A stretch of 64,000 nt of DNA from Planctomycetota bacterium (GTDB taxonomy: Bacteria; Planctomycetota; UBA1135; GCA-002748355): positions 1,712 through 65,711 of the forward strand of contig NYZE01000005.1 of the NCBI GenBank assembly GCA_002685965.1, given 5' to 3'. The position numbers and the translations under genes are program-made. Positions 9,641 through 18,409 of this stretch are shown here, piece after piece; the stretch's first letter is position 1; each line of letters begins with the position of its first letter. A model generated the notes under the pieces. The model saw only the letters and a list, made by a program, of their open reading frames with translations. It was not told the DNA's origin and ran no database searches.

Positions 9641-10345
9641 ATGGCCAAGGAGCACACAAACGACCGGAATGTCCGCGCTCGGCAGCGCGGCTTCACGATG
9701 ATCGAAATGCTGATCGTTGTCAGCGTCATCGTGATCATCGCGACGATTGCTGTGCCGAACTACTTGAGTAGCAAGGTCGTCGCCAACGAGGCGGCCGTCG
9801 TTGCGACTCTCAGGAAGGTCTCGACTGCCGAGGAGTTGTTCCGGAACGGCCGGTACGTCGACCAGGACGGCAACAGCTGGGGCGAGTTCGGATACCTCGG
9901 CGAGCTGTCGGGGATCACGGCGCTGCGCAGCAACGGGAACTACCTGAAACCCGCGGTGCTGAGCCCGTCGTTCGGCTTCATCGACGCCGAGGGTTTCGGC
10001 ATGCGTCACGGCTACACGTTCCGTCTCTACCTGCCCAACGCTGCTGGCCTCGGCGTGCCCGAGAAGCCATCGACCATCGGCACGGTCGATCCGGCGAACG
10101 CAGCTCAGTACTTCAGCTGCATCGCGTGGCCGCGTGTCTACGGCAAGAGCGGCTACCACACGTACTTCATCAACCAGCAGGGTGAGATCGTCAAGACGAT
10201 CGACACTCACTACAGCGGAACAACAGGCGCGCCGATTGCTAACTGCGCGCTGATCGGCGTTCCGGTCGGGGTCATCGCGGGCAACTCGCTTGCGACCGGC
10301 GGAACGATCGGCGTGGATGGCAACAGGTGGATTTCTGTGCAATGA
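9641..10345 (+). CDS. Prepilin-type N-terminal cleavage/methylation domain protein (type IV pilin / T2SS pseudopilin-like), orphan
   Basis: Leader MAKEHTNDRNVRARQRG followed by FTMIEMLIVVSVIVIIATIAVPN (G-1, F+1, E+5 signature). No secretion or pilus machinery genes adjacent. Confidence 0.85.
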   Translation: MAKEHTNDRNVRARQRGFTMIEMLIVVSVIVIIATIAVPNYLSSKVVANEAAVVATLRKVSTAEELFRNGRYVDQDGNSWGEFGYLGELSGITALRSNGNYLKPAVLSPSFGFIDAEGFGMRHGYTFRLYLPNAAGLGVPEKPSTIGTVDPANAAQYFSCIAWPRVYGKSGYHTYFINQQGEIVKTIDTHYSGTTGAPIANCALIGVPVGVIAGNSLATGGTIGVDGNRWISVQ

Positions 10346-10690
10346 GCCTGCACGAGGACATGAAACAAGGACTACTGACACCGCCTTCTTCGGAGGGTAG
10401 GCGTCGCCCGGTGGCAACCGGGGTAGACGAAGGTCGCGCGGGGAAGGGAGCCTTCGTCGACTACCCGCTTGAGGTTTGGGGAAACCTTAGCGTGGTAGAT
10501 TCAGATCGATGCGTTGTCGGGGGGCTCCGCGCGATCTAGGGGGGGCGACGGTTCACGCGCGGCCGTCGCTCGCATCCCTTTCCTGCAGAGGCAGCACAGA
10601 GGGTAACTCTCGTAATCCTTTGCTCTGCGGTGTTGCCTCTGGCGGACCCAATGGTAGCTCTTTGCGCGCCGACCGGGTCTGCTATCGGGC

Positions 10691-12160
10691 ATGGCCTACC
10701 GAGACCTCCGTGACTTCATCGAGCACCTCGAACGTGAGGGCGAGCTGAAGCGCATCAGTGTCGAAGTCGATCCCGAACTGGAGCTGTGCGAGATCGCCGA
10801 CCGCGTCAGCAAGGACATCGGGCCGGCGCTCTTGTTCGAGCAGGTCAAGGGGTCCGCGATGCCCGTGCTCGTCAACGCTGTCGGCAGCATGCGACGGGTG
10901 TGCATGGCGCTCGGGGTCGAGGACATCGAGGAGGTTGCGGCGCGGTTGTCGTCAATCCTCGACCAGAAGACCCCAGAAGGGTTCCTCGAGAAGGTCAAGC
11001 AGCTGCCGAAGTTGCTCGATCTCGCGAAGATGTTCCCCAAGCTCGTGAAGGCTGGGCCGTGCAAGGACGTGATTCTGCGCGGCGACGACATCGACCTGAA
11101 TGCGTTGCCGATCCTCAGGACCTGGCCACAGGACGCCGGGCGCTTCATCACGATGCCGATGGTGTTCACCAAGAGCTCCAGCGGCGTGCGCAACTGCGGC
11201 ATGTATCGACTGCAGGTCGTCGACGAGCGGCGCACGATGTTCCACACCCATGTGCACCACGATGGAGCCAAGAATGCCGAACAAGATGGACGGCGACGCG
11301 TGCCTGCCGCGGTGGCGATCGGCTGCGATCCGACGACGGTGATGGCGGCGGTGTTGCCGGCGCCGCCGGATCTCGACGAGATGCTGCTGTCCGGGTTCTT
11401 GCGCAACAAACCCGTGCCGATGGTCAAGTGCGAGACGCATGACCTGGACGTTCCGGCCGAGTCCGAGATCGTGCTCGAGGGTTGGGTCGATCTCGACGAC
11501 GTGCGCGTCGAGGGACCGTTCGGCGACCACACTGGCTTCTACTCGCTGCAGGATCGCTTCCCGGTGTTCGAGGTCGAGTGTGTGACCATGCGCGAGAACC
11601 CGATCTACATGACGACGATTGTCGGGCAGCCGCCGATGGAGGACTGCTGGATCGGCAAGGCAATCGAACGCATCTTCCTGCCGCTGATGCGCAAGCAACT
11701 GCCGGAGATCGTCGACGTCTGCATGCCGTTCGAGGGCGTGTTCCACAACCTGATGCTGGTGTCGATCGACAAGCGCTACCCAGGCCATGCGCGCAAGGTC
11801 ATGAACGCGATCTGGAGCCTCGGGCAGGCGATGTTCACGAAGGTTGTTGTCGTCGTCGACAAGGACGTTGACGTCCAGAAGCCGGCCGAGGTCGTGTTTC
11901 ACGCGCTGGCCAACATCGATCCGGAGCGTGACCTTCAGTTCACGATGGGGCCTGCCGAACTGCTCGACCACGCGAGCCGGCTCAAGTGCTACGGCAGCAA
12001 GGTCGGCGTGGACGCGACGCGCAAGTGGAAGGACGAGGGCTTCGATCGGTCGTGGCCGGACCTGATTCGCATGGATCCAGGCACGCGGGCTCTGGTCGAT
12101 CAGCGTTGGGATTCCTATGGTCTAGGCCGCTTCCTGCGGTCCCCCAGCGCCAGAGGTTGA
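10691..12160 (+). CDS. UbiD-family (prFMN-dependent) decarboxylase
   Basis: 489 aa. MAYRDLRDFIEHLEREGELKRISVEVDPELELCEIADRV... and GPFGDHTGFYS are typical of the UbiD family. The substrate (quinone pathway or other) cannot be told from sequence. Confidence 0.85.
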   Translation: MAYRDLRDFIEHLEREGELKRISVEVDPELELCEIADRVSKDIGPALLFEQVKGSAMPVLVNAVGSMRRVCMALGVEDIEEVAARLSSILDQKTPEGFLEKVKQLPKLLDLAKMFPKLVKAGPCKDVILRGDDIDLNALPILRTWPQDAGRFITMPMVFTKSSSGVRNCGMYRLQVVDERRTMFHTHVHHDGAKNAEQDGRRRVPAAVAIGCDPTTVMAAVLPAPPDLDEMLLSGFLRNKPVPMVKCETHDLDVPAESEIVLEGWVDLDDVRVEGPFGDHTGFYSLQDRFPVFEVECVTMRENPIYMTTIVGQPPMEDCWIGKAIERIFLPLMRKQLPEIVDVCMPFEGVFHNLMLVSIDKRYPGHARKVMNAIWSLGQAMFTKVVVVVDKDVDVQKPAEVVFHALANIDPERDLQFTMGPAELLDHASRLKCYGSKVGVDATRKWKDEGFDRSWPDLIRMDPGTRALVDQRWDSYGLGRFLRSPSARG

Positions 12161-12163
12161 ACC

Positions 12164-13603
12164 ATGTCTGAGACGGAAAGCCCGAGCACGGATGGTGCGC
12201 AGCCACCTGCGCCTGAGGCCCCATCGACGCCGGCTCCCGAGCCGACAACAACGCCGGCCCCAGGATCCGCTCCCGAGTCGGTCCCCGCGCCGGCAGCCCT
12301 GGAAGAAGTCGCCAGTCCGGCCGATGCATCGACGCCAACGAGCGAGTCAGCGGCCAGTGCTGGCGAGCCCCGCCCCGGTCGCGACCGAGGCGGCCGTGCG
12401 CAGGGAGACCATCCACCCAAGCAGCGCCGCAAGCGGACCAAGAAGCCCAGTGGTGAGGGTGGCTCCGATGGACCTCGTCGTTCACCGACTGAACTCCTGA
12501 CCGAGGCCCTGCAGCGCTTTCGCAACGCCTACCTCGACATTCGTTCGCGCGCGGGTGGCGGCCGGCTGACGGAATCGGGCAACACGGACTCGGTCGAGCT
12601 GGTGTTGTCTGTGCCGTTGGTCACGTCGAACATCGGCGCCGCGGCGGACAAGCTCGTACGGGACTTGCGCGGCGGCCTCGAGAAGCGTGTGCTCGAAGCG
12701 GGCATGCTCGTCCCGGGACGAGCGTGGTGTTTCAGTACGGCCAGTTTCGACAGCGACTACTCGCGCCCCGAAGATCCGCGCCAGGTACTCGTCGGCTACG
12801 GCCTCGAGGGTCGGCCGCGTTACGCCGACCTGGTCACGCTCGCGATCGAGCGCAAGCACGAGTCAGTCGACGAGTTGCTGGCCGGCAAGGAGGGCGCAGT
12901 CAGCTTCGTCGAGGCGGGTGCCGCGGTCACCGAAGGCGTCAAGCCGGCATTTGATCCGGATGCGATTCCGCATCGACTCGTGGCGCAGTCGATCGCCGGA
13001 CTCTTCGCTTCGGCGGAAGAAGGGCGCCGCGTCGCACTGACGATCCAGGTCCTCGCCCACGACGGCGAGGACGGCAAGCTGCGGTTGGTCGTTCACCCGG
13101 TCAGCGCGGTAGACCTCATGGACCTGCCCGACCCGAACCTGCGCCGCATCCTGCGCAGCTTCCAGACCAACCTGATCCAGATCGCCAAGACGATCGATGG
13201 CGAGCGCGCGGCTGGCAAGGAGGTCGACGTGACGGAAGCCGTGCTCGGGCCGCTGCGCGAACTGACGCGGCAGATGTCCGCAGACGCGCGCAACCGCGAG
13301 CGCAAGACGACGCACGCGCGAGAGCGCGGTGGCGAAGGCGATCGGCCGACGCAACTCGCCTTCCCCGAGGCGCGCAGCGCTCACGATCACCACTTGTACA
13401 TCGACAACGAAGAGCAGACCGTCGTCGTGATCGGCAAGAAGGGGCGCGTGCATGTGTTCTCGCCCGACGGCCGTCATGTGACGACGGTCGTGATGCCGCC
13501 GGCGAACGTGCGTCAGCGCGTCAGCGCAGGTCGTTGGCGTCCGGCCGAGCCACCCGAGCGGGGCGCGTTCCGCGACGCGATCGCGGGCAAGAAGGAGTCG
13601 TAG
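12164..13603 (+). CDS. Hypothetical protein; Pro/Ala/Ser-rich disordered N-terminus, basic patch, unrecognised C-terminal domains
   Basis: 479 aa. Starts 3 bp after the ubiD stop and ends 16 bp before the next gene. GAGG SD 8 nt upstream. High GC3 in this frame. No motif recognised. Confidence 0.6.
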   Translation: MSETESPSTDGAQPPAPEAPSTPAPEPTTTPAPGSAPESVPAPAALEEVASPADASTPTSESAASAGEPRPGRDRGGRAQGDHPPKQRRKRTKKPSGEGGSDGPRRSPTELLTEALQRFRNAYLDIRSRAGGGRLTESGNTDSVELVLSVPLVTSNIGAAADKLVRDLRGGLEKRVLEAGMLVPGRAWCFSTASFDSDYSRPEDPRQVLVGYGLEGRPRYADLVTLAIERKHESVDELLAGKEGAVSFVEAGAAVTEGVKPAFDPDAIPHRLVAQSIAGLFASAEEGRRVALTIQVLAHDGEDGKLRLVVHPVSAVDLMDLPDPNLRRILRSFQTNLIQIAKTIDGERAAGKEVDVTEAVLGPLRELTRQMSADARNRERKTTHARERGGEGDRPTQLAFPEARSAHDHHLYIDNEEQTVVVIGKKGRVHVFSPDGRHVTTVVMPPANVRQRVSAGRWRPAEPPERGAFRDAIAGKKES

Positions 13604-13619
13604 GGCACGAGCTCACCCA

Positions 13620-14498
13620 ATGCCTCTGATCGAAGCCCTTCGGCCCCATCAGTGGGTCAAGAACCTGCTCGTGTTTGCGCCGCTGGTGTTCGCGCGCAAG
13701 CTCATCGACCCCGCGGCATGCTTGCACGCGGCCAGCGCTTTCGTTGCTTTCTGTGCCGTTGCGAGCGGGATCTACCTGCTCAATGACCTGAGCGATATCG
13801 ACGCTGACAAGCTTCACCCCGAGAAGAAGTTGCGGCCGTTGCCGTCCGGTCGCCTGTCCGCCGGAACGGCGAAGGTCACTTTGGTGCTGCTTTGGATCGG
13901 TGGGCTGGCGCTCGCGTTCCTCGGCGCGAACTGGTTCCACTGGCCGCTCGGCGTCTACCTCGTCATCAACATCTTCTATTCGTTGAAGCTCAAACAAGTC
14001 GTGCTGCTCGACACGATGTGCATCGCGCTCGGGTTCTTGCTGAGGATCTACTCTGGCGCGGTCGCCATCGGTGAAGAAGCCTCACCATGGTTGGTGTTGT
14101 GCACGTTCTTCGTCGCGCTCCTGCTCGCGTTCGGCAAGCGCCGTCACGAACTCCATCTGCTCGGCGAAGGCTCACTCGAGCACCGCAAGTCACTCGCCGA
14201 ATACTCGTTGCCCTACCTGGATCAGCTCATCGCTCCGCTCGGCGCGCTGACCGTGATGACTTACGCGATGTACACGGTGTCCGAACGCACGGTCACCGAG
14301 GTCACCGACAAGCTGATCTTCACGGTGCCGTTCGTCGTCTACGGGATCTTCCGCTACCTCTACCTCGTGCACATGCGCGCCGAGGGCGGGAATCCGACCA
14401 GGCTGCTGCTCAAGGATCCGCCCATGTTCATCAACATCGTGCTCTGGTTAGGGGTCAGTGTGTGGGCGGTCTATACCGGCGCGGCTGTCCCGCAATGA
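13620..14498 (+). CDS. UbiA-superfamily prenyl-phosphate phosphoribosyltransferase (decaprenyl-phosphate 5-phosphoribosyltransferase, Rv3806c-like)
   Basis: 292 aa. ALRPHQWVKNLLVFAPL, Asp-rich YLLNDLSDIDADKLHPEKKLRPLPSG (NDxxDxxxD), GKRRHEL, HRKSLAEYS and FRYLYL align by eye with mycobacterial DPPR synthase, not with MenA/UbiA/MqnP N-termini. Confidence 0.8.
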   Translation: MPLIEALRPHQWVKNLLVFAPLVFARKLIDPAACLHAASAFVAFCAVASGIYLLNDLSDIDADKLHPEKKLRPLPSGRLSAGTAKVTLVLLWIGGLALAFLGANWFHWPLGVYLVINIFYSLKLKQVVLLDTMCIALGFLLRIYSGAVAIGEEASPWLVLCTFFVALLLAFGKRRHELHLLGEGSLEHRKSLAEYSLPYLDQLIAPLGALTVMTYAMYTVSERTVTEVTDKLIFTVPFVVYGIFRYLYLVHMRAEGGNPTRLLLKDPPMFINIVLWLGVSVWAVYTGAAVPQ

Positions 14499-14508
14499 CG
14501 CGACCCTG

Positions 14509-15834
14509 ATGAAGTCGCATGCGCCCTTGCTCGCCACGGGCGCCGTGCTCGCTGCCGTGGCGGGGGGCCTGCGCCTGGCCCAGGCCTGGCGAGTGCCAGT
14601 GCCGTCGACCGACGGGGCCTCGTATCTATGGATCGCGGAAGCGCTTGCGCGTGGTGACTTCGTGGCGGGGCTGGACCACGTGTTCCACCCGGGTGCGCCG
14701 CTCGCCTGGGCGCCGCTGATCGCCGTCGGCGTCGACGCGCATCTGGCTGCGAAGCTGGTCGGTGTAGTCTGCGGCGCCGTCGCGGCGGTGTTCGTCTGGC
14801 TGGCAGCGCGCGGGATAAGCGATGACCGCAAGGGACTGTGGGCGGCGCTGCTCTTCGCGGGCTGCTTCCTCGCCGTGCGCCTACCGGCGGATGCATACAG
14901 CGAAGCGGTCTACCTCGTGCCCGCGGCCGCGGCGGTGTGTTTCGCCGTGCGCGGCCGGGTGACAGCTATCGGCTTGGCGGCGGGCATCGCCTTCTGGGTG
15001 CGGCCCGAAGCCCTGTGCCTGGTGCCGCTAGTGTTCGTGCGCGGCGTGCGCCGCGGAACCCTGGGTGTTTTCGTCCTCGTTGCGGTCGCCGCGGTCTATC
15101 CGCTTGCCCGATGGCTGTTCGTCGGCGAGTTGGACCTGACGCCGAAGGCCGATTTCATGGCGTCGATGGGGCCATTGGCGGCGCCAGACGTTGCGGGCGT
15201 ATTGCTGGGTCTCGGGCACAACCTGTTACGAGTTCCGCTCGAAGCGATCCCGGCGCTCGACTGGGTCGTGTTCCCGCTTGGCCTCGCCGGCCTCCTGGTG
15301 GGTCAACGGCGTCAGACGCCGTTGACCCACCAGGCGCGGATGCCGCGGCTCGTGCTGGCCGCCCTCGTGCTTGGCTGGTTGGCGATGATCCCGTTCCAGG
15401 TGAAGCCACGCTTCTTCCTGAGTCAGGCGCCGCTGCTCTTGCCGTTCGCGCCGCTGGCCTTCCGGCATGCGCGGTGGCTCCTGTTCGCGGGTCTCGCTTT
15501 GAGCCTGTGGCGCACCGGGAGCGACATCGTGCGGCCGCCACGCACGGAGAAGCGGGCCGAGCGAGTTACCGGCGAGCAGCTTGCTGAGCGCGGTATCGAG
15601 CAGGGACAACTCGCTACGGACCTGCCGCGGATCGCTTACTACGCGGGCTTGCGGCCACCGCTTCCGGTCGTGTGGACCCCTCTGATGCTCACGGACAGGC
15701 TCGACGATCCCGCAGTTCGGTGGGTCGTCTTCGGCGCTCTCCACGAAGGCAGGCGTGCGTTACTCGGGAGCCGCCGCGACTTTCGTTTGCTCGCCCAACC
15801 CGACCGCCGCCTGTTGCTCGCCGAGCGGCGCTGA
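14509..15834 (+). CDS. GT-C-fold integral membrane glycosyltransferase (PMT_2/ArnT-like)
   Basis: Track ORF 14458-15834. ATG at 14509 avoids overlap with the upstream gene. MKSHAPLLATGAVLAAV..., STDGASYLWIAEALARGDF in the first loop, more than 10 predicted TM segments. Confidence 0.6.
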   Translation: MKSHAPLLATGAVLAAVAGGLRLAQAWRVPVPSTDGASYLWIAEALARGDFVAGLDHVFHPGAPLAWAPLIAVGVDAHLAAKLVGVVCGAVAAVFVWLAARGISDDRKGLWAALLFAGCFLAVRLPADAYSEAVYLVPAAAAVCFAVRGRVTAIGLAAGIAFWVRPEALCLVPLVFVRGVRRGTLGVFVLVAVAAVYPLARWLFVGELDLTPKADFMASMGPLAAPDVAGVLLGLGHNLLRVPLEAIPALDWVVFPLGLAGLLVGQRRQTPLTHQARMPRLVLAALVLGWLAMIPFQVKPRFFLSQAPLLLPFAPLAFRHARWLLFAGLALSLWRTGSDIVRPPRTEKRAERVTGEQLAERGIEQGQLATDLPRIAYYAGLRPPLPVVWTPLMLTDRLDDPAVRWVVFGALHEGRRALLGSRRDFRLLAQPDRRLLLAERR

Positions 15835-17055
15835 CGTGGCGCGGAGGCAGACCACCCAGACCCAAAGAGCACCGAAGGTCACGACGTAGAGCGACTGCAG
15901 GACCTCCTTGCCCTGCCGCCCGATCAGCCAGGGTGCCAGCGCGACACAGGCGACGAAGTAGAGCGCCAGGCCGACCGAGACCGAGCGACGGCGCAGCGCC
16001 AACATCGCGAAGAAGGCCGGGAAGAGCTGCACGTGGTAGGACTTCCATGTGATCGGTGACAACAACAGCGTCAGACAGATGATCGCCGCCACGCCGCCGA
16101 TCTCGACCCACGCGGATGTCGCGCGGCGGCGGCGCCACAGCAACATGGCGGTCACTCCGACGAGCAGCACGCTGGCGAGGAGTCGGATCCCGCCGATCGC
16201 AGCCGTGCCCATGCCGATCCCTTGGAAGAACAGTGGGTTCACCAGCACGAACTCATCCGGCACGGTGCCGCAGTAGCGCGCCAAGCAATAACGCAACGAC
16301 TGGTGCATCCAACTGAAGCGCGGAAACGACAGCGCCGGATCCGCGAACAAGTCGGGTTGCGTTGCGAACCGCCATACGCCTTCGATCCAGCGTGTCTCGA
16401 CGGCCCACCAGCTTTCGGCGCCGAGCGTCAGCATCGGACTCATGTGCAGCGCCACTGCGGTCGCGATGGCCACCGCGAACGACCGGTGTCTGCCGCGCAA
16501 CCAAAGCCAGCCCAGGAACAACACCGGTGTCGGCTTTGCGGCAAGCACGATGCCGAGCAGGGCGCCGCGCCATGGATGTCGATCCTCGCCCGGCGCCTCG
16601 CCCGGCCTGAGGCACGCCATTGCGACGAGAGCGCCGAACACGAGGTTGCCGCCGCCACCGGCAGTGTCGCGCCAGAGGTAACGAGCTACTAGCGCGAACG
16701 CACCGGCCACGAGCCACAGCGGCGGGTCGGTGCCTCCGCTCATGGAACGAAACCAGGACAGGCACAGGACGACCAGCCCGGCCAAGGCGATGACCTGGAG
16801 CACGGCCCACAGCGCACGTGCCGCAGCGAGCGGCAGCACGCTGAGTGGTGCCATGATGATGCCGTAGGACGGCGGATACGGCACGTGCAGGTTGCGCGGA
16901 TCGTCCACCGTGTAAGGGTCGACGCCGTGGGCGACCTTGTCGGCGAACAGCCAGGTGCGTCGCATCGAGCCGCCTTGGCTGCGAGTTGCCCGCGGCACGA
17001 GCACCGCTGCGAGGATCACGGCGGCAACGAGCATGATCCAGCGGTCGCGCGTCAC
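15760..17055 (-). CDS. GT87 / DUF2029-family polyprenyl-phosphate-sugar-dependent glycosyltransferase (PimE-like)
   Basis: 431 aa polytopic protein. N-terminal loop GVDPYTVDDPRNLHVPYPPSYG matches the DUF2029 pattern. Start overlaps the upstream gene's stop by 4 bp. Confidence 0.6.
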   Translation of the reverse strand: MTRDRWIMLVAAVILAAVLVPRATRSQGGSMRRTWLFADKVAHGVDPYTVDDPRNLHVPYPPSYGIIMAPLSVLPLAAARALWAVLQVIALAGLVVLCLSWFRSMSGGTDPPLWLVAGAFALVARYLWRDTAGGGGNLVFGALVAMACLRPGEAPGEDRHPWRGALLGIVLAAKPTPVLFLGWLWLRGRHRSFAVAIATAVALHMSPMLTLGAESWWAVETRWIEGVWRFATQPDLFADPALSFPRFSWMHQSLRYCLARYCGTVPDEFVLVNPLFFQGIGMGTAAIGGIRLLASVLLVGVTAMLLWRRRRATSAWVEIGGVAAIICLTLLLSPITWKSYHVQLFPAFFAMLALRRRSVSVGLALYFVACVALAPWLIGRQGKEVLQSLYVVTFGALWVWVVCLRATSAPLGEQQAAVGLGEQTKVAAAPE

Positions 17056-17699
17056 CCGGCGGCCCCGTAGCGCTCGCGGTCGTGCCGCATGAGCCGCCGG
17101 TCCTTGTCGCGCAGTCGCCGGGAACTACTCGCGCGCAAGTCCGGTTGATCGAGCAGGGTCAGCATGGACGCGTCGTCGGTGCCATGCGTCGGGATCAAGA
17201 TGTTGCGATACTTGGCGCCGAGCAGCACCAGGCCGCGCTCGTGCACGCGGCGCACGAGTTCATCAGCGGCATCGAGGGCTGCCCCAGCATTCTTGGGGCG
17301 ATCGGCGAGCCAACGCACCAGGTCGGTGTGGCCGGCGACCTCTTCGGTGATCAGGACGGCCAGCTTCGGCATTACCAGGCCGCGTGCAGCGCCGGACGCG
17401 ATCAGCTCTGGCGTGCGAAACCCGTGCTGTCGTAGCGTCGTCAATGCCTTTGCTTCGCGCTTGATCGGTGAGCCGCGGAAGGCGTAGCTGGGCCAGCGCG
17501 ACGGGTGCAGCCGTGCCCGTCGCAGGTCCTGCACCTTGATCCAGAACACGCGCTCCCCGAGAGGCAGCCTCGCCAGTCGTCGCGTGCGCGATCGGTCAAC
17601 GATCTCGCCGGTCTCTGCTTCCGCGAACTGTTCGAGGGTCTCGAGTTCGGCGACGCGGAACAACTCGCGTGCTTCCTCGTCGCGCCAGACGACACTCAT
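17052..17699 (-). CDS. Lipopolysaccharide kinase (Kdo/WaaP/InaA) family protein, probably catalytically inactive
   Basis: Track ORF 17052-17780. ATG at 17699 makes an ATGA overlap with the methyltransferase stop. Family-like FWIKVQD..., REAKALTTLRQHGFRTPELIA, LITEEVAG. The HxDLxxxN catalytic loop reads LLGAKYRNIL (His to Leu, Asp to Gly). Confidence 0.6.
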   Translation of the reverse strand: MSVVWRDEEARELFRVAELETLEQFAEAETGEIVDRSRTRRLARLPLGERVFWIKVQDLRRARLHPSRWPSYAFRGSPIKREAKALTTLRQHGFRTPELIASGAARGLVMPKLAVLITEEVAGHTDLVRWLADRPKNAGAALDAADELVRRVHERGLVLLGAKYRNILIPTHGTDDASMLTLLDQPDLRASSSRRLRDKDRRLMRHDRERYGAAG

Positions 17700-18370
17700 T
17701 TGGCGGGCTTCAGCACCGCCACGCTCTGGCCGGAGAAGAGGCCGGACAGGGATCGCGTCGAGACGAGTTCCCAGCCGCATTCGCCGGCGAGCGCTTCGAG
17801 ATCACCGCGCGTCAGCACGGTGCGACGGTTGTCGACGTGTGACAGCGCCCTGCGCTGCGCGTGCACCCACTGCTTGGGCGTCGACGCATCCAGCCAGGTC
17901 AAGACCAGCGGGCCGCGCACGACGCGGCGGAACTCTCGCAGGATCTGTCGCTGCTCGTCCGCGTTGCGAAAGTGGTGGATCAACCGCAAGCAGCAGGCGA
18001 TGTCGAACGCGCCATCGTCGAAGGGCATGTCGCGAGCGTCGGCCTGTTGGAAGTGGGCTATCCGGTCACCAACGACCTCACGGCAAATAGCCAGCATGTG
18101 CGGCGAGTGATCGGCGCCGACGTAGGTATTTGCGTGCTTGACCAGGAGCGGTGCAAAGCGGCCGGCGCCACATGGCAGGTCGAGCAGCACCGGCGAGTTC
18201 GGCGCTCGCAGCACGTCGGGCAGCAGGCCGAGTGCTTCCTTGACAGCCCGGTCCACAAGCGCCCGCTCGCGCCAAGCGCTGAGTCGTCGCGTCCAGCTCT
18301 TCTCGAACTTGTGCCGATATTGCAGCGCTTCGGCAGGGTCGAGATGGCGTTGGCAGTAGGCCTCGCTCAC
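17696..18370 (-). CDS. Class I SAM-dependent methyltransferase
   Basis: 224 aa. Motif I VLLDLPCGAGRFAPLL, then MPFDDGAFDIACCLRLIHHF. Confidence 0.8.
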   Translation of the reverse strand: MSEAYCQRHLDPAEALQYRHKFEKSWTRRLSAWRERALVDRAVKEALGLLPDVLRAPNSPVLLDLPCGAGRFAPLLVKHANTYVGADHSPHMLAICREVVGDRIAHFQQADARDMPFDDGAFDIACCLRLIHHFRNADEQRQILREFRRVVRGPLVLTWLDASTPKQWVHAQRRALSHVDNRRTVLTRGDLEALAGECGWELVSTRSLSGLFSGQSVAVLKPAK

Positions 18371-18409
18371 CCGGGCGAACTTAGCGCCATCCCCGAGGCC
18401 GGAGTAGAC

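Noticed and set aside
10691-14498. UbiD plus UbiA-family pair read as late quinone (ubiquinone or futalosine-menaquinone, MqnL/MqnP) biosynthesis genes
   Set aside because: The UbiA-family member has the RPHQWVKN N-terminus and other blocks of DPPR synthase rather than the quinone prenyltransferase pattern. It is followed by a GT-C enzyme, and no UbiX gene is present. The UbiD gene alone may still be quinone-related, so this is only partly rejected.
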